A stretch of 64,000 bases of DNA, from the NCBI GenBank assembly GCA_965246885.1, contig OZ251992.1, positions 2,944,001-3,008,000 on the forward strand. The letters are read 5' to 3'. Numbering within the stretch: the first letter of the stretch is position 1; every line of letters begins with the position of its first letter. This document shows, in pieces, positions 45,701 through 54,504 of the stretch. Origin of the DNA: Abditibacterium sp. (GTDB lineage Bacteria; Armatimonadota; Abditibacteriia; Abditibacteriales; Abditibacteriaceae). The position numbers and the translations under genes were made by a program. The notes beneath the pieces are model-generated. The model did not search any database. It saw nothing but the letters and a program-made list of their open reading frames with translations, and was not told where the DNA came from.

Positions 45701-46096
45701 GGTGATAACGCCCGCGAAGCGTTCGACGCGCTCACGGCACGCGCGCGAAAAGTTCTCCATGCCAAAGGCGAGGATGTCGGGCTTACCCTTGAAACCGAGC
45801 GCCTTTTCGACTTCGACTTCGACCCAGAGGCCTTGGCAATCGAAGCCGTTCTGCCAGCGTAGGCGCCGCCCCTGCATGGCGTGGTAGCGGTTATAAAGGT
45901 CTTTGTAGGTGCGTCCCCACGCATGATGGACGCCCATCGGGTTGTTGGCGGTGATGGGGCCATCTTGAAAATCAAAGCGCGGGCCGTGCGCGTTTTGGGC
46001 GCGCAGCTTCTCGAAGATGTGGGAGTGTTCCCAGAACTGGAGGACATTCTCTTCCAAGCGCGGATAGTCGGGCGCGCCTTCGACGGGTTGAAACAT
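42737..46096 (-). CDS. ileS: Isoleucine--tRNA ligase, type 2
   Basis: DGPITAN, GVHH, WTTTPWTL, GTGIVHIAP, DWTISRKRFWG, RISKTKGN; long C-terminus without zinc finger. Confidence 0.96.
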   Translation of the reverse strand: MFQPVEGAPDYPRLEENVLQFWEHSHIFEKLRAQNAHGPRFDFQDGPITANNPMGVHHAWGRTYKDLYNRYHAMQGRRLRWQNGFDCQGLWVEVEVEKALGFKGKPDILAFGMENFSRACRERVERFAGVITEQSKRLGMWNDWERSYYTFDDSNIENIWNFLGKCHEEGWLAPDYRVMPWCPRCETSLSQHELSDAYKDITHTSVFVKLPARVNMRNVGRSVATFPVDRLLRNDGIQPFFLVWTTTPWTLTANSGLAVNPDLTYVFAQTQEGEILILSKETVSTALKPEDRNVVGEVSGRDLVGQIYESPLPEVPLQGQRGASRVVAWEEVGEAEGTGIVHIAPGCGAGDFELGMREGLHRLIPVTSSAHFRSECGDALAGLHALADPTVQTIFAELQKNNRLYRTQRYKHSYPHCWRCNSELIFFATPEWFIKPDAGPRPARARLKAASAQVEWNPEYGGKRMDDWLDNMGDWTISRKRFWGLPLPIWRDDETGEWDVVSSRAQLRERAVDPALVDALPELHRPWIDEIEIWNSDRTRRMRRVPEVGDAWLDAGIVPFSTLGYNGARDVRMPDIALPAADWKPADFISEMREQIRLWFFSMLFMSVALEDRAPYERVMLYETMLDQYGERISKTKGNGVPFGYAVAVAGADPMRWTFANNPTTKDIRFGLDPRAWKNAGGITPPDGALGWDRENEPKADENKPIGDPVYESSRRLVTLWNTVAFFVSYANLDNPDLSVELAPENVLDKWILARLQRAVAGVTTALDDLEPQGLVREVEAFVDDLSNWYIRRGKRRFWKSESDTDKAQAYATLHHVLLTLCKLVAPVLPFSAEHIYRNLASVVPDAPESVHLCAWPVVEERFRNDELVAQVEGVLQAVSLGLSARKDAKIRVRQPLSRVLIQAPDDAARRAVEAFADTIKDELNVYAIELLADAGDLVTYSLRANLPVVGRKYGKQVGALRAYLENADAPEAKRIGAAVKRGESVAIELEGAFITLEPAEVLADARQASGYSFASENSWSVALDTSLTPELELEGMARDFIRAVQAARQKADFQLSDRIAILTVDDAKSRFADVLEGFGDVIQAETLADELRFVGADYPELADAKMGDETVRLRVERV

Positions 46097-46186
46097 AAGA
46101 TTTAGTGTGGCGCCTTGTGCTCCGGGGCGAATTGGGGGCACACTCACGCGCTTTTTTGCCCAAGGGCCAAAGCAAGGAGAACAACA

Positions 46187-47602
46187 ATGGCAACTCAAAC
46201 CGAACTTTCCACTCGTCTGCGCGCTGCTCTTAAAGGCCCGGTATCGGGCGGAGGAGACCTCGGTTTGACGAGTACTCTCCGTGCCGTGCGCGCCGAAGAC
46301 ATCGCCGAAGCCGCCCGCGAACTGTCCAACCCCGAAATCCTCGCGGTCTTCAACTGGCTCGACAACCCGCGCGCCGCCGAACTGCTCGGCCTGCTCGAAG
46401 ACGAGGCGACGGGCTACATCCTCGAAAACGCGCCCGCCGCGCGCGTCACGGACATGCTCGACCGCTTGCCGATGGACGACGCGGCGGACGTGCTGGACGA
46501 AGCCTCGCCCGCAAAAGCCGAAGAGTTACTCCAATCGCTCGCCCGCACCGCGCCCGACGACGCCGAGGAAATCCGCGACCTGCTCTCCTACCCCGAACGC
46601 TCGGCGGGCCGCCTGATGACCGATGCTTTCGTGCGTTTGCGCGCCGATATGAGCGTCAACGACGCTTTTGCCGTCGTGCGCGACTCGGATGAGGAAGTCG
46701 AGACCATCTCCGACTTGTTCATCACCGACGTTGTTTCGCCCGACCGCGAAGTCCTCATCGGCGTCATTTCGCTGCGGGAACTGGTGCGCGCAGGCGCGCG
46801 GCGCAAAGACCCCAACGTGAAAGTGCGCGACTTCATGGTGACGGACGTAATTTCGGTCTCGACCGACACCGACCAAGAAGAATGCGCCCGCATCATCGCC
46901 AAATACGACTTCATGGCGCTCCCCGTCTTGGAGCGCAACGGCGATTTCGTGGGCATCATCACCGTTGACGACATCATAGACGTGTTGGTCGAAGAGAATA
47001 CCGAGGACTTGTTGGCGATGGGCGCCGTCACGCCGACCGAAAAGCCCTACCTTTCCAACTCCATCTTCGACTTGTTCAAGCAACGCTTCGGTTGGCTGCT
47101 GCTTCTGTTCGTCGCCGAAAGTTTTACCGGCTCCGTCTTGCGGCATTACGAGGACGAACTGGCCAAAGTCGTCGCGCTGTCGTTCTTCGTCCCGCTTCTG
47201 ATTGGGAGCGGCGGCAACGCGGGCGCGCAGGCGGTCACGACCATCACGCGCGCCCTCGCACTGGGCGAAGTGACGTTCCGCGATATGCTGCGCGTGGTGT
47301 GGCGCGAAGCGCGCGCGGGCGTTCTGCTCGGTTTGGCGCTCGGCGTGGTCGGGTTTTTCCGCGTTTTGCTGTGGGGCAACGGCCCGAACTTGGCGATGGT
47401 CATCGGGCTGTCGCAGTTGGTCGTCATTCTATGGGCCGTCACGGTTGGCGCGAGTTTGCCCATCATCTTCAAAAAGCTGGGCCTCGACCCCGCCGTGATG
47501 AGCGCGCCGTTCATCACCACCCTTGTGGACGCGACCGGCCTCGTCTTCTACTTTTCCATCGCCAAGATGCTACTGCCGGAGTTGCACCAAGGCGGCTCCT
47601 AA
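46187..47602 (+). CDS. mgtE: Magnesium transporter MgtE
   Basis: SAGRLMT, CBS pair, GIITVDD, GGNAGAQ, DPAVMSAPFITTLVD. Confidence 0.96.
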   Translation: MATQTELSTRLRAALKGPVSGGGDLGLTSTLRAVRAEDIAEAARELSNPEILAVFNWLDNPRAAELLGLLEDEATGYILENAPAARVTDMLDRLPMDDAADVLDEASPAKAEELLQSLARTAPDDAEEIRDLLSYPERSAGRLMTDAFVRLRADMSVNDAFAVVRDSDEEVETISDLFITDVVSPDREVLIGVISLRELVRAGARRKDPNVKVRDFMVTDVISVSTDTDQEECARIIAKYDFMALPVLERNGDFVGIITVDDIIDVLVEENTEDLLAMGAVTPTEKPYLSNSIFDLFKQRFGWLLLLFVAESFTGSVLRHYEDELAKVVALSFFVPLLIGSGGNAGAQAVTTITRALALGEVTFRDMLRVVWREARAGVLLGLALGVVGFFRVLLWGNGPNLAMVIGLSQLVVILWAVTVGASLPIIFKKLGLDPAVMSAPFITTLVDATGLVFYFSIAKMLLPELHQGGS

Positions 47603-48672
47603 TCCACGTCCACAATCGCCTTGACGCACGTGGCGCGGTTGGCGAGGACGTACTCGAACGCTTCGGGCACTTGCGCAAGCGCGAAGCGCTTGGAGATAAG
47701 CGGCTTCAAGTCCACCTTTCCACTGGCGAGCAGTTCCACGCCCGTCGGGAAGGTGTTGTTGTAACGGAAGATGGGGCGTAGCGTTATCTCGCGCACGATG
47801 AGGTCGTTGACGTTGACTTGGGCGGTATCTTCGGGCGGCATGCCAATCAAGACAACAACCCCACCCGCGCGCGTCGCGGCGATGGCCGCGCTCAGGGCGG
47901 ACGGATGCCCCGCGCACTCGATGGCAACGTCGGCGCCAAGGCCATTGGTAAGCTCCTGCGCGGCGGCCTTGAGTTCTCCTGCGCCGCCATTAACGGTGCG
48001 CGTTGCGCCAATCTCGCGGGCAACGGCCAACCGCTCCGGCACGCGGTCAGAGATAATTATCTGCGTCGCGCCCGCCGCGCGCGCGGCGAGCAAGTTCATG
48101 AGTCCTATCGGCCCCGCGCCCGTGATGACAACGGTGTCTCCCATGCGAACGGGCGCGACGCGCGACGCATAAATGCCCGTCGAAAGCGGCTCAATCAGCG
48201 CGCCTTCTTCGAGGCTCACGTTGTCGGGCAGCTTAAAGCAGAAGTCCGCTTTGTGGTTGACGAAGGAGCAGAAAGAGCCGTCGTCGGGCGGCGTAGCGAA
48301 GAAGAAAATGTCGGGGCACAGGTTGTATTGCCCGCGCTTCATGTAGTAGTTCGAGGCGAAAGTGGACAAGCGCGGCACGCCGGGTTCAATGGCGACGCGG
48401 TCGCCTTCTTTCAGATGAGAAACGCCCGCGCCAACGGCGACGACGGTTCCCGCGCACTCGTGACCCAGAATCATCGGTTTCTCGACAACGAAGTTCCCGA
48501 TGCGGCCATGCTCAAAGTAGTGGACATCGGAGCCGCAAATGCCGACTTTGCCGATGTGCACTTGAACCTCGCCGCGCGCGGGCGAACCGGGAACAGGAAC
48601 ATCTTCGACGCGCAAGTCGTGCGGGCCGTGCAAAACTGCGGCGGGCATGGTGGCAGTGGAGGTGGAAGTCAT
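47599..48672 (-). CDS. Zn-dependent polyol (sorbitol/xylitol) dehydrogenase
   Basis: GICGSDVHY, GHECAG, GALIEPLS, GAGPIG. Confidence 0.92.
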   Translation of the reverse strand: MTSTSTATMPAAVLHGPHDLRVEDVPVPGSPARGEVQVHIGKVGICGSDVHYFEHGRIGNFVVEKPMILGHECAGTVVAVGAGVSHLKEGDRVAIEPGVPRLSTFASNYYMKRGQYNLCPDIFFFATPPDDGSFCSFVNHKADFCFKLPDNVSLEEGALIEPLSTGIYASRVAPVRMGDTVVITGAGPIGLMNLLAARAAGATQIIISDRVPERLAVAREIGATRTVNGGAGELKAAAQELTNGLGADVAIECAGHPSALSAAIAATRAGGVVVLIGMPPEDTAQVNVNDLIVREITLRPIFRYNNTFPTGVELLASGKVDLKPLISKRFALAQVPEAFEYVLANRATCVKAIVDVD

Positions 48673-48684
48673 GGGTTTCAAGTA

Positions 48685-48789
48685 AAGCGACTGAAGTCGC
48701 AGCCAGCGAGAACGTCAACCTTTGTTGACGTGTGCAGCAATCCCGTCGGCGGAGGCAGACGATTTTGCTGGCTGCGAATTCATCCGCTT
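48685..48789. mobile_element. REPIN/MITE-like element, copy 2 (inverted relative to copy 1)
   Basis: Aligns along its length with the reverse complement of 34069-34165; right arm has two substitutions. Confidence 0.75.
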
Positions 48790-48858
48790 CCAAAGCGGCC
48801 ACTCAGTTTGCGCGCATTGCGCCCTCTCCTTTCATCCCTTCAAACTCACTCCTAAGCA

Positions 48859-49275
48859 ATGATTCCCTTGATCCCCGAAAAAGACGTGTCGCTCGCGCAG
48901 TTGCAAACCGTGTTCGAGGCCGCGTTCGTTGAGAACGACGTGGACGACGACGGCGATTTGTATATCCGCACCGAGAACAACACCAAAATTTTCATCTCCC
49001 TCGACGAGCGCAACAAGGTCATCCGCTTCACCGCCCTTTACGGCCTGCGCGATGACGCTCTCGAAGCTGACAAGATCGCCCTCGCCAACGCGCTCAACGA
49101 CCACATCGTCTTCGTGCGCTTTTCCGCCACTTCGCGCTCCTCGCTCGTGTGCGATTATTACCTGCCCTTCAACGGCGCCGTTTCGCCGCTCCACATCGTG
49201 ACGGTCACGCGCCTCTTCAACCGCATCATCGCCTCGTCGCTGAGCGAATACGACTCGGCGGATATTCTGCTGTAG
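48859..49275 (+). CDS. YbjN-like (type III chaperone fold) protein
   Basis: DDDGDLY, LANALND..VFVRF; typical size. Confidence 0.7.
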   Translation: MIPLIPEKDVSLAQLQTVFEAAFVENDVDDDGDLYIRTENNTKIFISLDERNKVIRFTALYGLRDDALEADKIALANALNDHIVFVRFSATSRSSLVCDYYLPFNGAVSPLHIVTVTRLFNRIIASSLSEYDSADILL

Positions 49276-49312
49276 CCAGTTTCGCCCACCCTCGCCCTAA
49301 ACTCCCCCCGCT

Positions 49313-50185
49313 TTGCTTCTCCCCTTTGATCCCGCCGATTACGCCGTCGCGCGCTCGGCCCTTGGCTCGCTTGGTGCGCGGCCCAACAAGACGTTGGGGC
49401 AAAACTTTCTGCTTGACCCCGCCGCGCTCGATGCCATCTGCGACGTCGCGCGATTAGAAGCCTCTGACGCGGTCTTGGAAATCGGGCCGGGGTTGGGCGC
49501 CTTGACCGTGCGGCTTTTGGCGCGCGCCGGGCGCGTAACGGCCATCGAAAAGGACGCCAAGTTCGCGGGCTTCGTCGCCAAGAAGCTGCGGCGCGAGGGG
49601 TTTAGGTTGGTCACTGGCGACGCTTTGGAGGTGAGTTGGGAATCGCTCGAATTGCCCGCAACGGGCGCCAAGGTCGTGGCCAATCTGCCGTATTCCATCT
49701 CCAAACCCGTCTTGCGCCGCTTGCTGGAGGAGTGGCGCCCGCACCTATCCAGCGCGACCGTCTTGGTGCAACGCGAGGTCGCACACCGCTTGACGGCGCC
49801 GCCCGACTCGGAGCATTACGGGCCGATGAGCATCATGGCGCACCTTTACACGCGCGCGCAAATCCACTTCGATATTGCGCCGGAAGCGTTTCTGCCGCCG
49901 CCCCAAGTGACCTCAACGGTGATTCACTTCGACATGCTTCCCTCGCCCGCGCTGGAACTGCGGAGCGAGACGCAGTTTTGGGCGACGGTGCGCGCGGCGT
50001 TTGGGCAACGCCGCAAGAACTTGGGCAACACGCTGCGCCCACTCGCCTCGCGCGAGGTGTTGGCGAGCGCGTTCGAGGTAACGGGTGTTGACCCCAAGCG
50101 GCGGGGAGAAACGCTCTCTCCGACGGAGTTCGAGGCGCTCGCACGGGCGCTGTGGGCCGAGGGCAAAGGGAGCGAGAAAGGGTGA
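49313..50185 (+). CDS. rsmA: 16S rRNA A1518/A1519 dimethyltransferase
   Basis: LGQNFL, LEIGPGLG, VANLPY, AFGQRRK, RRGETL. Confidence 0.96.
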   Translation: MLLPFDPADYAVARSALGSLGARPNKTLGQNFLLDPAALDAICDVARLEASDAVLEIGPGLGALTVRLLARAGRVTAIEKDAKFAGFVAKKLRREGFRLVTGDALEVSWESLELPATGAKVVANLPYSISKPVLRRLLEEWRPHLSSATVLVQREVAHRLTAPPDSEHYGPMSIMAHLYTRAQIHFDIAPEAFLPPPQVTSTVIHFDMLPSPALELRSETQFWATVRAAFGQRRKNLGNTLRPLASREVLASAFEVTGVDPKRRGETLSPTEFEALARALWAEGKGSEKG

Positions 50186-50748
50186 AGCTACGCTCGGTTG
50201 ACCTGCCGCTTGGCATGGAACTCGAAACGCCGCGCCTGCGTCTTTGCGCTCCGCGCGAAGACGAGACAGTCGGCGCCGAAATGAACGCCGCCATTTGCGC
50301 CTCGTGGCCGGAGCTTTCCCTCTGGATGCCTTGGGCGCGGCAACTTCCCACCATTGAGGAGTCCGCTCGCACCGCCGCCCATTTCGCTTGGAAGTGGGAG
50401 AACCGCACTGAACTGGACTTCATCCTACGCGGGCGCGTCGGCGGCAGATTAGTGGGCAGGTGCGGCCTGCACACCATCGAGCCGCATGTCGGGCGCGCGG
50501 AGCTTGGCTACTGGCTCGACTCGCGGGTGTGCGGGCGCGGACTGATGACCGAAGCCGCCGCGCGCGTTGTCGAATGGGCCGGGGAGCTTGGTTTTGGGCG
50601 CCTCGAAATCCGCTGCGATGCGCGCAACGCGCGCAGTCAAAGTGTAGCCAAGCGCTTGGGATTCGAGCGCGAAGCCCGCTTGCGCCGTTACCAGTTCGAC
50701 AACGCGGGCAAGTTGTGCGACCTGGAAATCTGGGCGCATCTCTTCTAA
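50182..50748 (+). CDS. RimJ/RimL-type GNAT N-acetyltransferase
   Basis: ELGYWL, GRGLMTEAA, NARSQSVAKRLGF; GTGA overlap with rsmA. Confidence 0.9.
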   Translation: MKLRSVDLPLGMELETPRLRLCAPREDETVGAEMNAAICASWPELSLWMPWARQLPTIEESARTAAHFAWKWENRTELDFILRGRVGGRLVGRCGLHTIEPHVGRAELGYWLDSRVCGRGLMTEAAARVVEWAGELGFGRLEIRCDARNARSQSVAKRLGFEREARLRRYQFDNAGKLCDLEIWAHLF

Positions 50749-50798
50749 GTGTCGCTTTCAAACCGCCTTCCTTTACCTTGGCCACGCCTTTGGGCGTC

Positions 50799-51680
50799 CT
50801 ATACATGAAAGCGGGCGCATAGCCACAACCGCGCCCGCGCTTGCCAACGCCGTCGCCGCGATGCCGCGTCGGAAGATGGGGCCAAAAAAGCGTCGAAATA
50901 GTCCCGCATATATTTTTTACGGCGCAGCAGAAAATGGAGTAGCGCCACGTCCGTTTTGGGCCGCAACGCCGTCTTGATGTTGGGATACGAGTCGTAGTAG
51001 CAGTTGTAGCGCGCGCACGGCAGCAAGGCCACCGCAACGCCCCCGACATCCCACATAACTGGCGGCGGGTTCATGCCGTGCCCCTTGACGTGCGCCAGCA
51101 CTCGCTCGCGTCCCACCCACTCGTTCAGGGCGTTTTGATCCCCCCACCAGAGCGCGTCGGCACCATGATGGTTCTCGTACACGCGAATTACCTCCGTCCA
51201 AAACAGCGCGGCCTCGCCCGCCCGCCCCGCTCCCACAAACATCGCCCCGCCGTTGATGGGCATCCCATGCTTGTCATCCAAAAGTGTTAGCCCGACATCG
51301 AACGGCAGTGCCCACAACTCTTCCAAAGAAGCGTGCAGCAGAATATCACCATCCAAGAACACAAGTGGCGCTTCGCGCTCCTCGCTTTGCGCATGGCGCA
51401 GCAAGTAGTCGCGCTGCGCTTTCATGCGCGACAGCATCATTTCCTCGCGCTTGACCGGGCCGCGCACGATGCGCACGTCCCCTTGAAAGGCGAAAGCCGT
51501 CGTTTCATCGGACAGCACAACGGCCTTGGCCTGCGCGTGAAACAGCCGCGCCGACGCGAACATCAACTGGATCAATGCACTGGGGTCGTACTGGCGCCAG
51601 CGCCGAAACTGCTTGCCCCGCTCATCGGCCAGACCCACCGGGGAATCACAGTGAAAGGTCACAAAGTGCATCTGCTTCAT
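50799..51680 (-). CDS. Putative GT-A fold glycosyltransferase
   Basis: FLDGD, INGG, DQNALN, YN, LLHF. Confidence 0.7.
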   Translation of the reverse strand: MKQMHFVTFHCDSPVGLADERGKQFRRWRQYDPSALIQLMFASARLFHAQAKAVVLSDETTAFAFQGDVRIVRGPVKREEMMLSRMKAQRDYLLRHAQSEEREAPLVFLDGDILLHASLEELWALPFDVGLTLLDDKHGMPINGGAMFVGAGRAGEAALFWTEVIRVYENHHGADALWWGDQNALNEWVGRERVLAHVKGHGMNPPPVMWDVGGVAVALLPCARYNCYYDSYPNIKTALRPKTDVALLHFLLRRKKYMRDYFDAFLAPSSDAASRRRRWQARARLWLCARFHV

Positions 51681-51801
51681 TTATTTTACTTGGCCACCAT
51701 CCCATCTCCCGGCTCCTTCGCCCCTCTTCATCCCCCTATCTTCTGGCACAGGCTTCAAACTCCCTTTATTACTCGCGCTTCCGATAGGCTCACGGCTTTC
51801 T

Positions 51802-52695
51802 ATGAACACCCTCCGCGCGCGCTCTGGCGCCAAAATCAACCTATCGCTTGACATCCTTGACCGCTTGGCCAATGGCTACCACACCTTGCGCTCCGTCGTG
51901 CATCCGGTCGGTTTATGGGACGAGTTGGAGCTTGAGTTTTGCCCCGACGCGGGCATCGTCTTTGAGTGCAGCGACGCGGCCCTTGCAGGCGAGGACAACC
52001 TGTGCGTGCGCGCCTTCAAACTCTGGCGCGACGCGAGCGGATACACAGGCGGCGCGACCATCCGACTTCATAAGCGCATCCCTCACGGCGCCGGGTTGGG
52101 CGGTGGATCGGGCAACGCCGCCGCCACTCTCAGGCTCGCCAACGCGCACGGCGCCGCGCCTTTGGGCGAAGCGCAGTTGTTCGCGCTGGCCGCGCGTTTG
52201 GGCGCCGATGTCCCGCTTTTCTTGCGTGACAGCCCGGCTTTGATGGAAGGCATCGGCGAACAACTCAGCGACTTGGCGCCCCTCGCGGGATGGGCCGTGC
52301 TTCTCAAGCCGCGCGAGGGTTTCGCCACGCCCGCCATTTACCGCGCGTGGGACGAAGCGGGTTTGCGCTCGAACAACGGCACGGACGCGCTACTTGACGC
52401 ATGGGGCATGGGCACCGTCGAAGCAGTTGCGCCGCTTGTGTCCAACGACTTGGAGCGCGCGGCCCGCCTCGTTTCGCCCCTGCCCGCGCGGTGCGTCGCG
52501 TTATTAAAGGGTGCGGGCGCGTTGGGGGCGGGGCTTTCCGGCTCCGGCTCGGCGTGTTTCGGGCTATGCGCGGACGAGGCGAGTGCCCGCGCGGTCGAAG
52601 AAAAAGTGATCGGCGAATTGGCGAAAGACGTGCTTTTGGAAGGTGCCACAACGCGGGCCGCTCCTTTGGTAGCGCGCGGGGTGGAGCCATTTTGA
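51802..52695 (+). CDS. ispE: 4-diphosphocytidyl-2-C-methyl-D-erythritol kinase
   Basis: AKINLSL, KRIPHGAGLGGGSGNAA, LGADVP, SGSGS. Confidence 0.96.
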   Translation: MNTLRARSGAKINLSLDILDRLANGYHTLRSVVHPVGLWDELELEFCPDAGIVFECSDAALAGEDNLCVRAFKLWRDASGYTGGATIRLHKRIPHGAGLGGGSGNAAATLRLANAHGAAPLGEAQLFALAARLGADVPLFLRDSPALMEGIGEQLSDLAPLAGWAVLLKPREGFATPAIYRAWDEAGLRSNNGTDALLDAWGMGTVEAVAPLVSNDLERAARLVSPLPARCVALLKGAGALGAGLSGSGSACFGLCADEASARAVEEKVIGELAKDVLLEGATTRAAPLVARGVEPF

Positions 52696-52707
52696 GACGT
52701 TCCAGAA

Positions 52708-53121
52708 ATGCCTTTTCCTGATTCCAAAGCCGTCGTCTTCGATTCCACCGCCGTGCTCATGGCGTTCGTGTCCTTTTCCTTGTCGGTAGGCGCCGCAGCA
52801 ATGGCCATCCGACTGTATGCCATTCTGCGCACCGGGAAAATGGGCGCTTCTTGGCGCGTGCTCATTATCGCGTCGGTGCTGTTCGCACTGTTGCAAACCG
52901 TGCGTTTGGTCGAGGCCGCCTTCGTGCAAGCCCGCGCGTTCCACTTCTCGTCGGTGGTAGAGGTCATCTTTATCCTCGCGCTCACCTACGCTTTTTACTT
53001 GCAAAAGCAAGTTTTTGACGAGAACCACTCCCACCGTCCCTCCGTCCGCCAGCGCGAGGTCGCCGATGACGAAGGCATTCTCGAACCCGCCGCCATCGCC
53101 ACCTACGAACGCTACTCTTAA
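52708..53121 (+). CDS. Hypothetical membrane protein (about 3 TM helices)
   Basis: Three hydrophobic segments; directly downstream of ispE. Confidence 0.7.
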   Translation: MPFPDSKAVVFDSTAVLMAFVSFSLSVGAAAMAIRLYAILRTGKMGASWRVLIIASVLFALLQTVRLVEAAFVQARAFHFSSVVEVIFILALTYAFYLQKQVFDENHSHRPSVRQREVADDEGILEPAAIATYERYS

Positions 53122-53123
53122 CT

Positions 53124-53255
53124 GCCGACAGACGTCTGTCGGCGATTCCCACACGTCTGTCGGCGAGTGACGCACGTCTGTCGGCGAGTGACGCACGTCT
53201 GTCGGCGAGTGACGCACGTCTGTCACTGCGTCACTGGCGTCTCTGGTCGGCCAGT
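53124..53255. repeat. 21-bp-period tandem array C
   Basis: Units at 53129, 53150, 53171, 53192 and 53213 (cgcacgtctgtcggcgagtga); begins with the perfect 20-bp palindrome gccgacagacgtctgtcggc. Confidence 0.92.
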
Positions 53256-53333
53256 TACTTCTGGGATTCTTTCGCCGACACCTCGCAACGCGTCGCGGAC
53301 GTCGGCATTTCATTGGCAGAGGAAGGACAACCG

Positions 53334-53855
53334 ATGAAACCACTCTTTCGCGCCGTTTTGTGCGCCGTTGCCCTTTCGACCGTCGCCACTACGAGCCACG
53401 CCAAACCCAAAAAAATGGCCGGGATGTTCTCCGACGCCGACCGCAAGTATCTTGTTGACAACGCGCAGGGCAGCATCTACGACTTCTCGCTCGCGCAACT
53501 GGCCGCCGGACGCGCGTCCTCGCCCGCGCTTCATCGCTACGGCTTGGAACTCATCGCCGACCATGCCCGCCTCAACGCCCGCCTGCTGACTTTGGGCCGC
53601 GCCAAGGGCGTCGAACTGCCCGTTCTCCTTTCCGATGAAGACAAAGCGAAGATCGAGGGATTGCAAAGCAAGACGGGCAAGGATTTGGACAAAGCCCTCA
53701 TCCAACAGTTTGTGGAAATCAACGCCAAAGATGTGGAAGACGCGCGCAAAGAAGTCAGCACCAGCCGCGACCCCGCCACCAACCGCACTGTTACCCAATT
53801 CATGCTCACCGAACAAAAGCACTTGGCTCAAGCCCGCAAATTGCAACACGGTTAA
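53334..53855 (+). CDS. DUF4142 domain exported protein
   Basis: Signal peptide; SDADRKYL, LIADH, HLAQARKL. Confidence 0.8.
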   Translation: MKPLFRAVLCAVALSTVATTSHAKPKKMAGMFSDADRKYLVDNAQGSIYDFSLAQLAAGRASSPALHRYGLELIADHARLNARLLTLGRAKGVELPVLLSDEDKAKIEGLQSKTGKDLDKALIQQFVEINAKDVEDARKEVSTSRDPATNRTVTQFMLTEQKHLAQARKLQHG

Positions 53856-53922
53856 TGTCTAGAGTGCTCCCGTAAGGGCGTTCCCCCCTCGCCCTCGCGA
53901 GCGCACTCCAAATTGTATCTTC

Positions 53923-54504
53923 ATGCTCCCCATTCAACACGCCGCCGTTTTAGCGGGCGGACGCTCGACGCGTATGGGGCGCGATAAAGCGCTTCTCCTT
54001 TTCGAGGGTGAGCCGCTCGTGCGCCGCGCGGTGCGCTCCTTGGAAGGCATTTTTAAAACGGTGCTCGTTGTTTCGAGCAGTCACGAAGTTTGGCGGAAGG
54101 CGGGGGCGGCGTGGATTTCCGACACATACAAGGAAAAAGGGCCGCTCGCGGGAATCGAGGCGGCCCTGTCGCATGTCGGGGAGCCGACGTTCTTTGTCCC
54201 GTGTGATGCGCCGTTTTTAAACGCCGATTTCATCCGTTTTCAGTGCGCCGCTTGGGAGGACGGTTTGGACGCCCTCGTCGCACAAAGTGAAAGCGGATTG
54301 GAGCCACTGCACGCGATATGGGCGCCAAGCGTTCTACCCATTATCGTTCGCGCGCTGCGAGAGGAACGCCCGCCGTCGTTGCGCCGCGTGTTGGCGGGGT
54401 TAAACACGCGCACTTTGGGCGTCGAGGATGCGCGTCGCTTTGACCCGGCGCTACGTTGCTTCGAGAATTGGAATGTGCCCGAAGATGTGGCGGCGAACCC
54501 CTAA
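53923..54504 (+). CDS. mobA: Molybdenum cofactor guanylyltransferase
   Basis: LAGGRSTRMGRDKALL, GPLAGI, PCDAPF, EPLHA, NWNVPED. Confidence 0.92.
   Translation: MLPIQHAAVLAGGRSTRMGRDKALLLFEGEPLVRRAVRSLEGIFKTVLVVSSSHEVWRKAGAAWISDTYKEKGPLAGIEAALSHVGEPTFFVPCDAPFLNADFIRFQCAAWEDGLDALVAQSESGLEPLHAIWAPSVLPIIVRALREERPPSLRRVLAGLNTRTLGVEDARRFDPALRCFENWNVPEDVAANP

Noticed and set aside
46097..46186. T-box leader for ileS or M-box riboswitch for mgtE
   Set aside because: The intergenic region is only 90 bp, too short for either, and no consensus motifs are visible
53124..53255. Possible CRISPR array
   Set aside because: The period is only 21 bp, the linkers are about 9 bp and mostly identical, and there are no cas genes in the window
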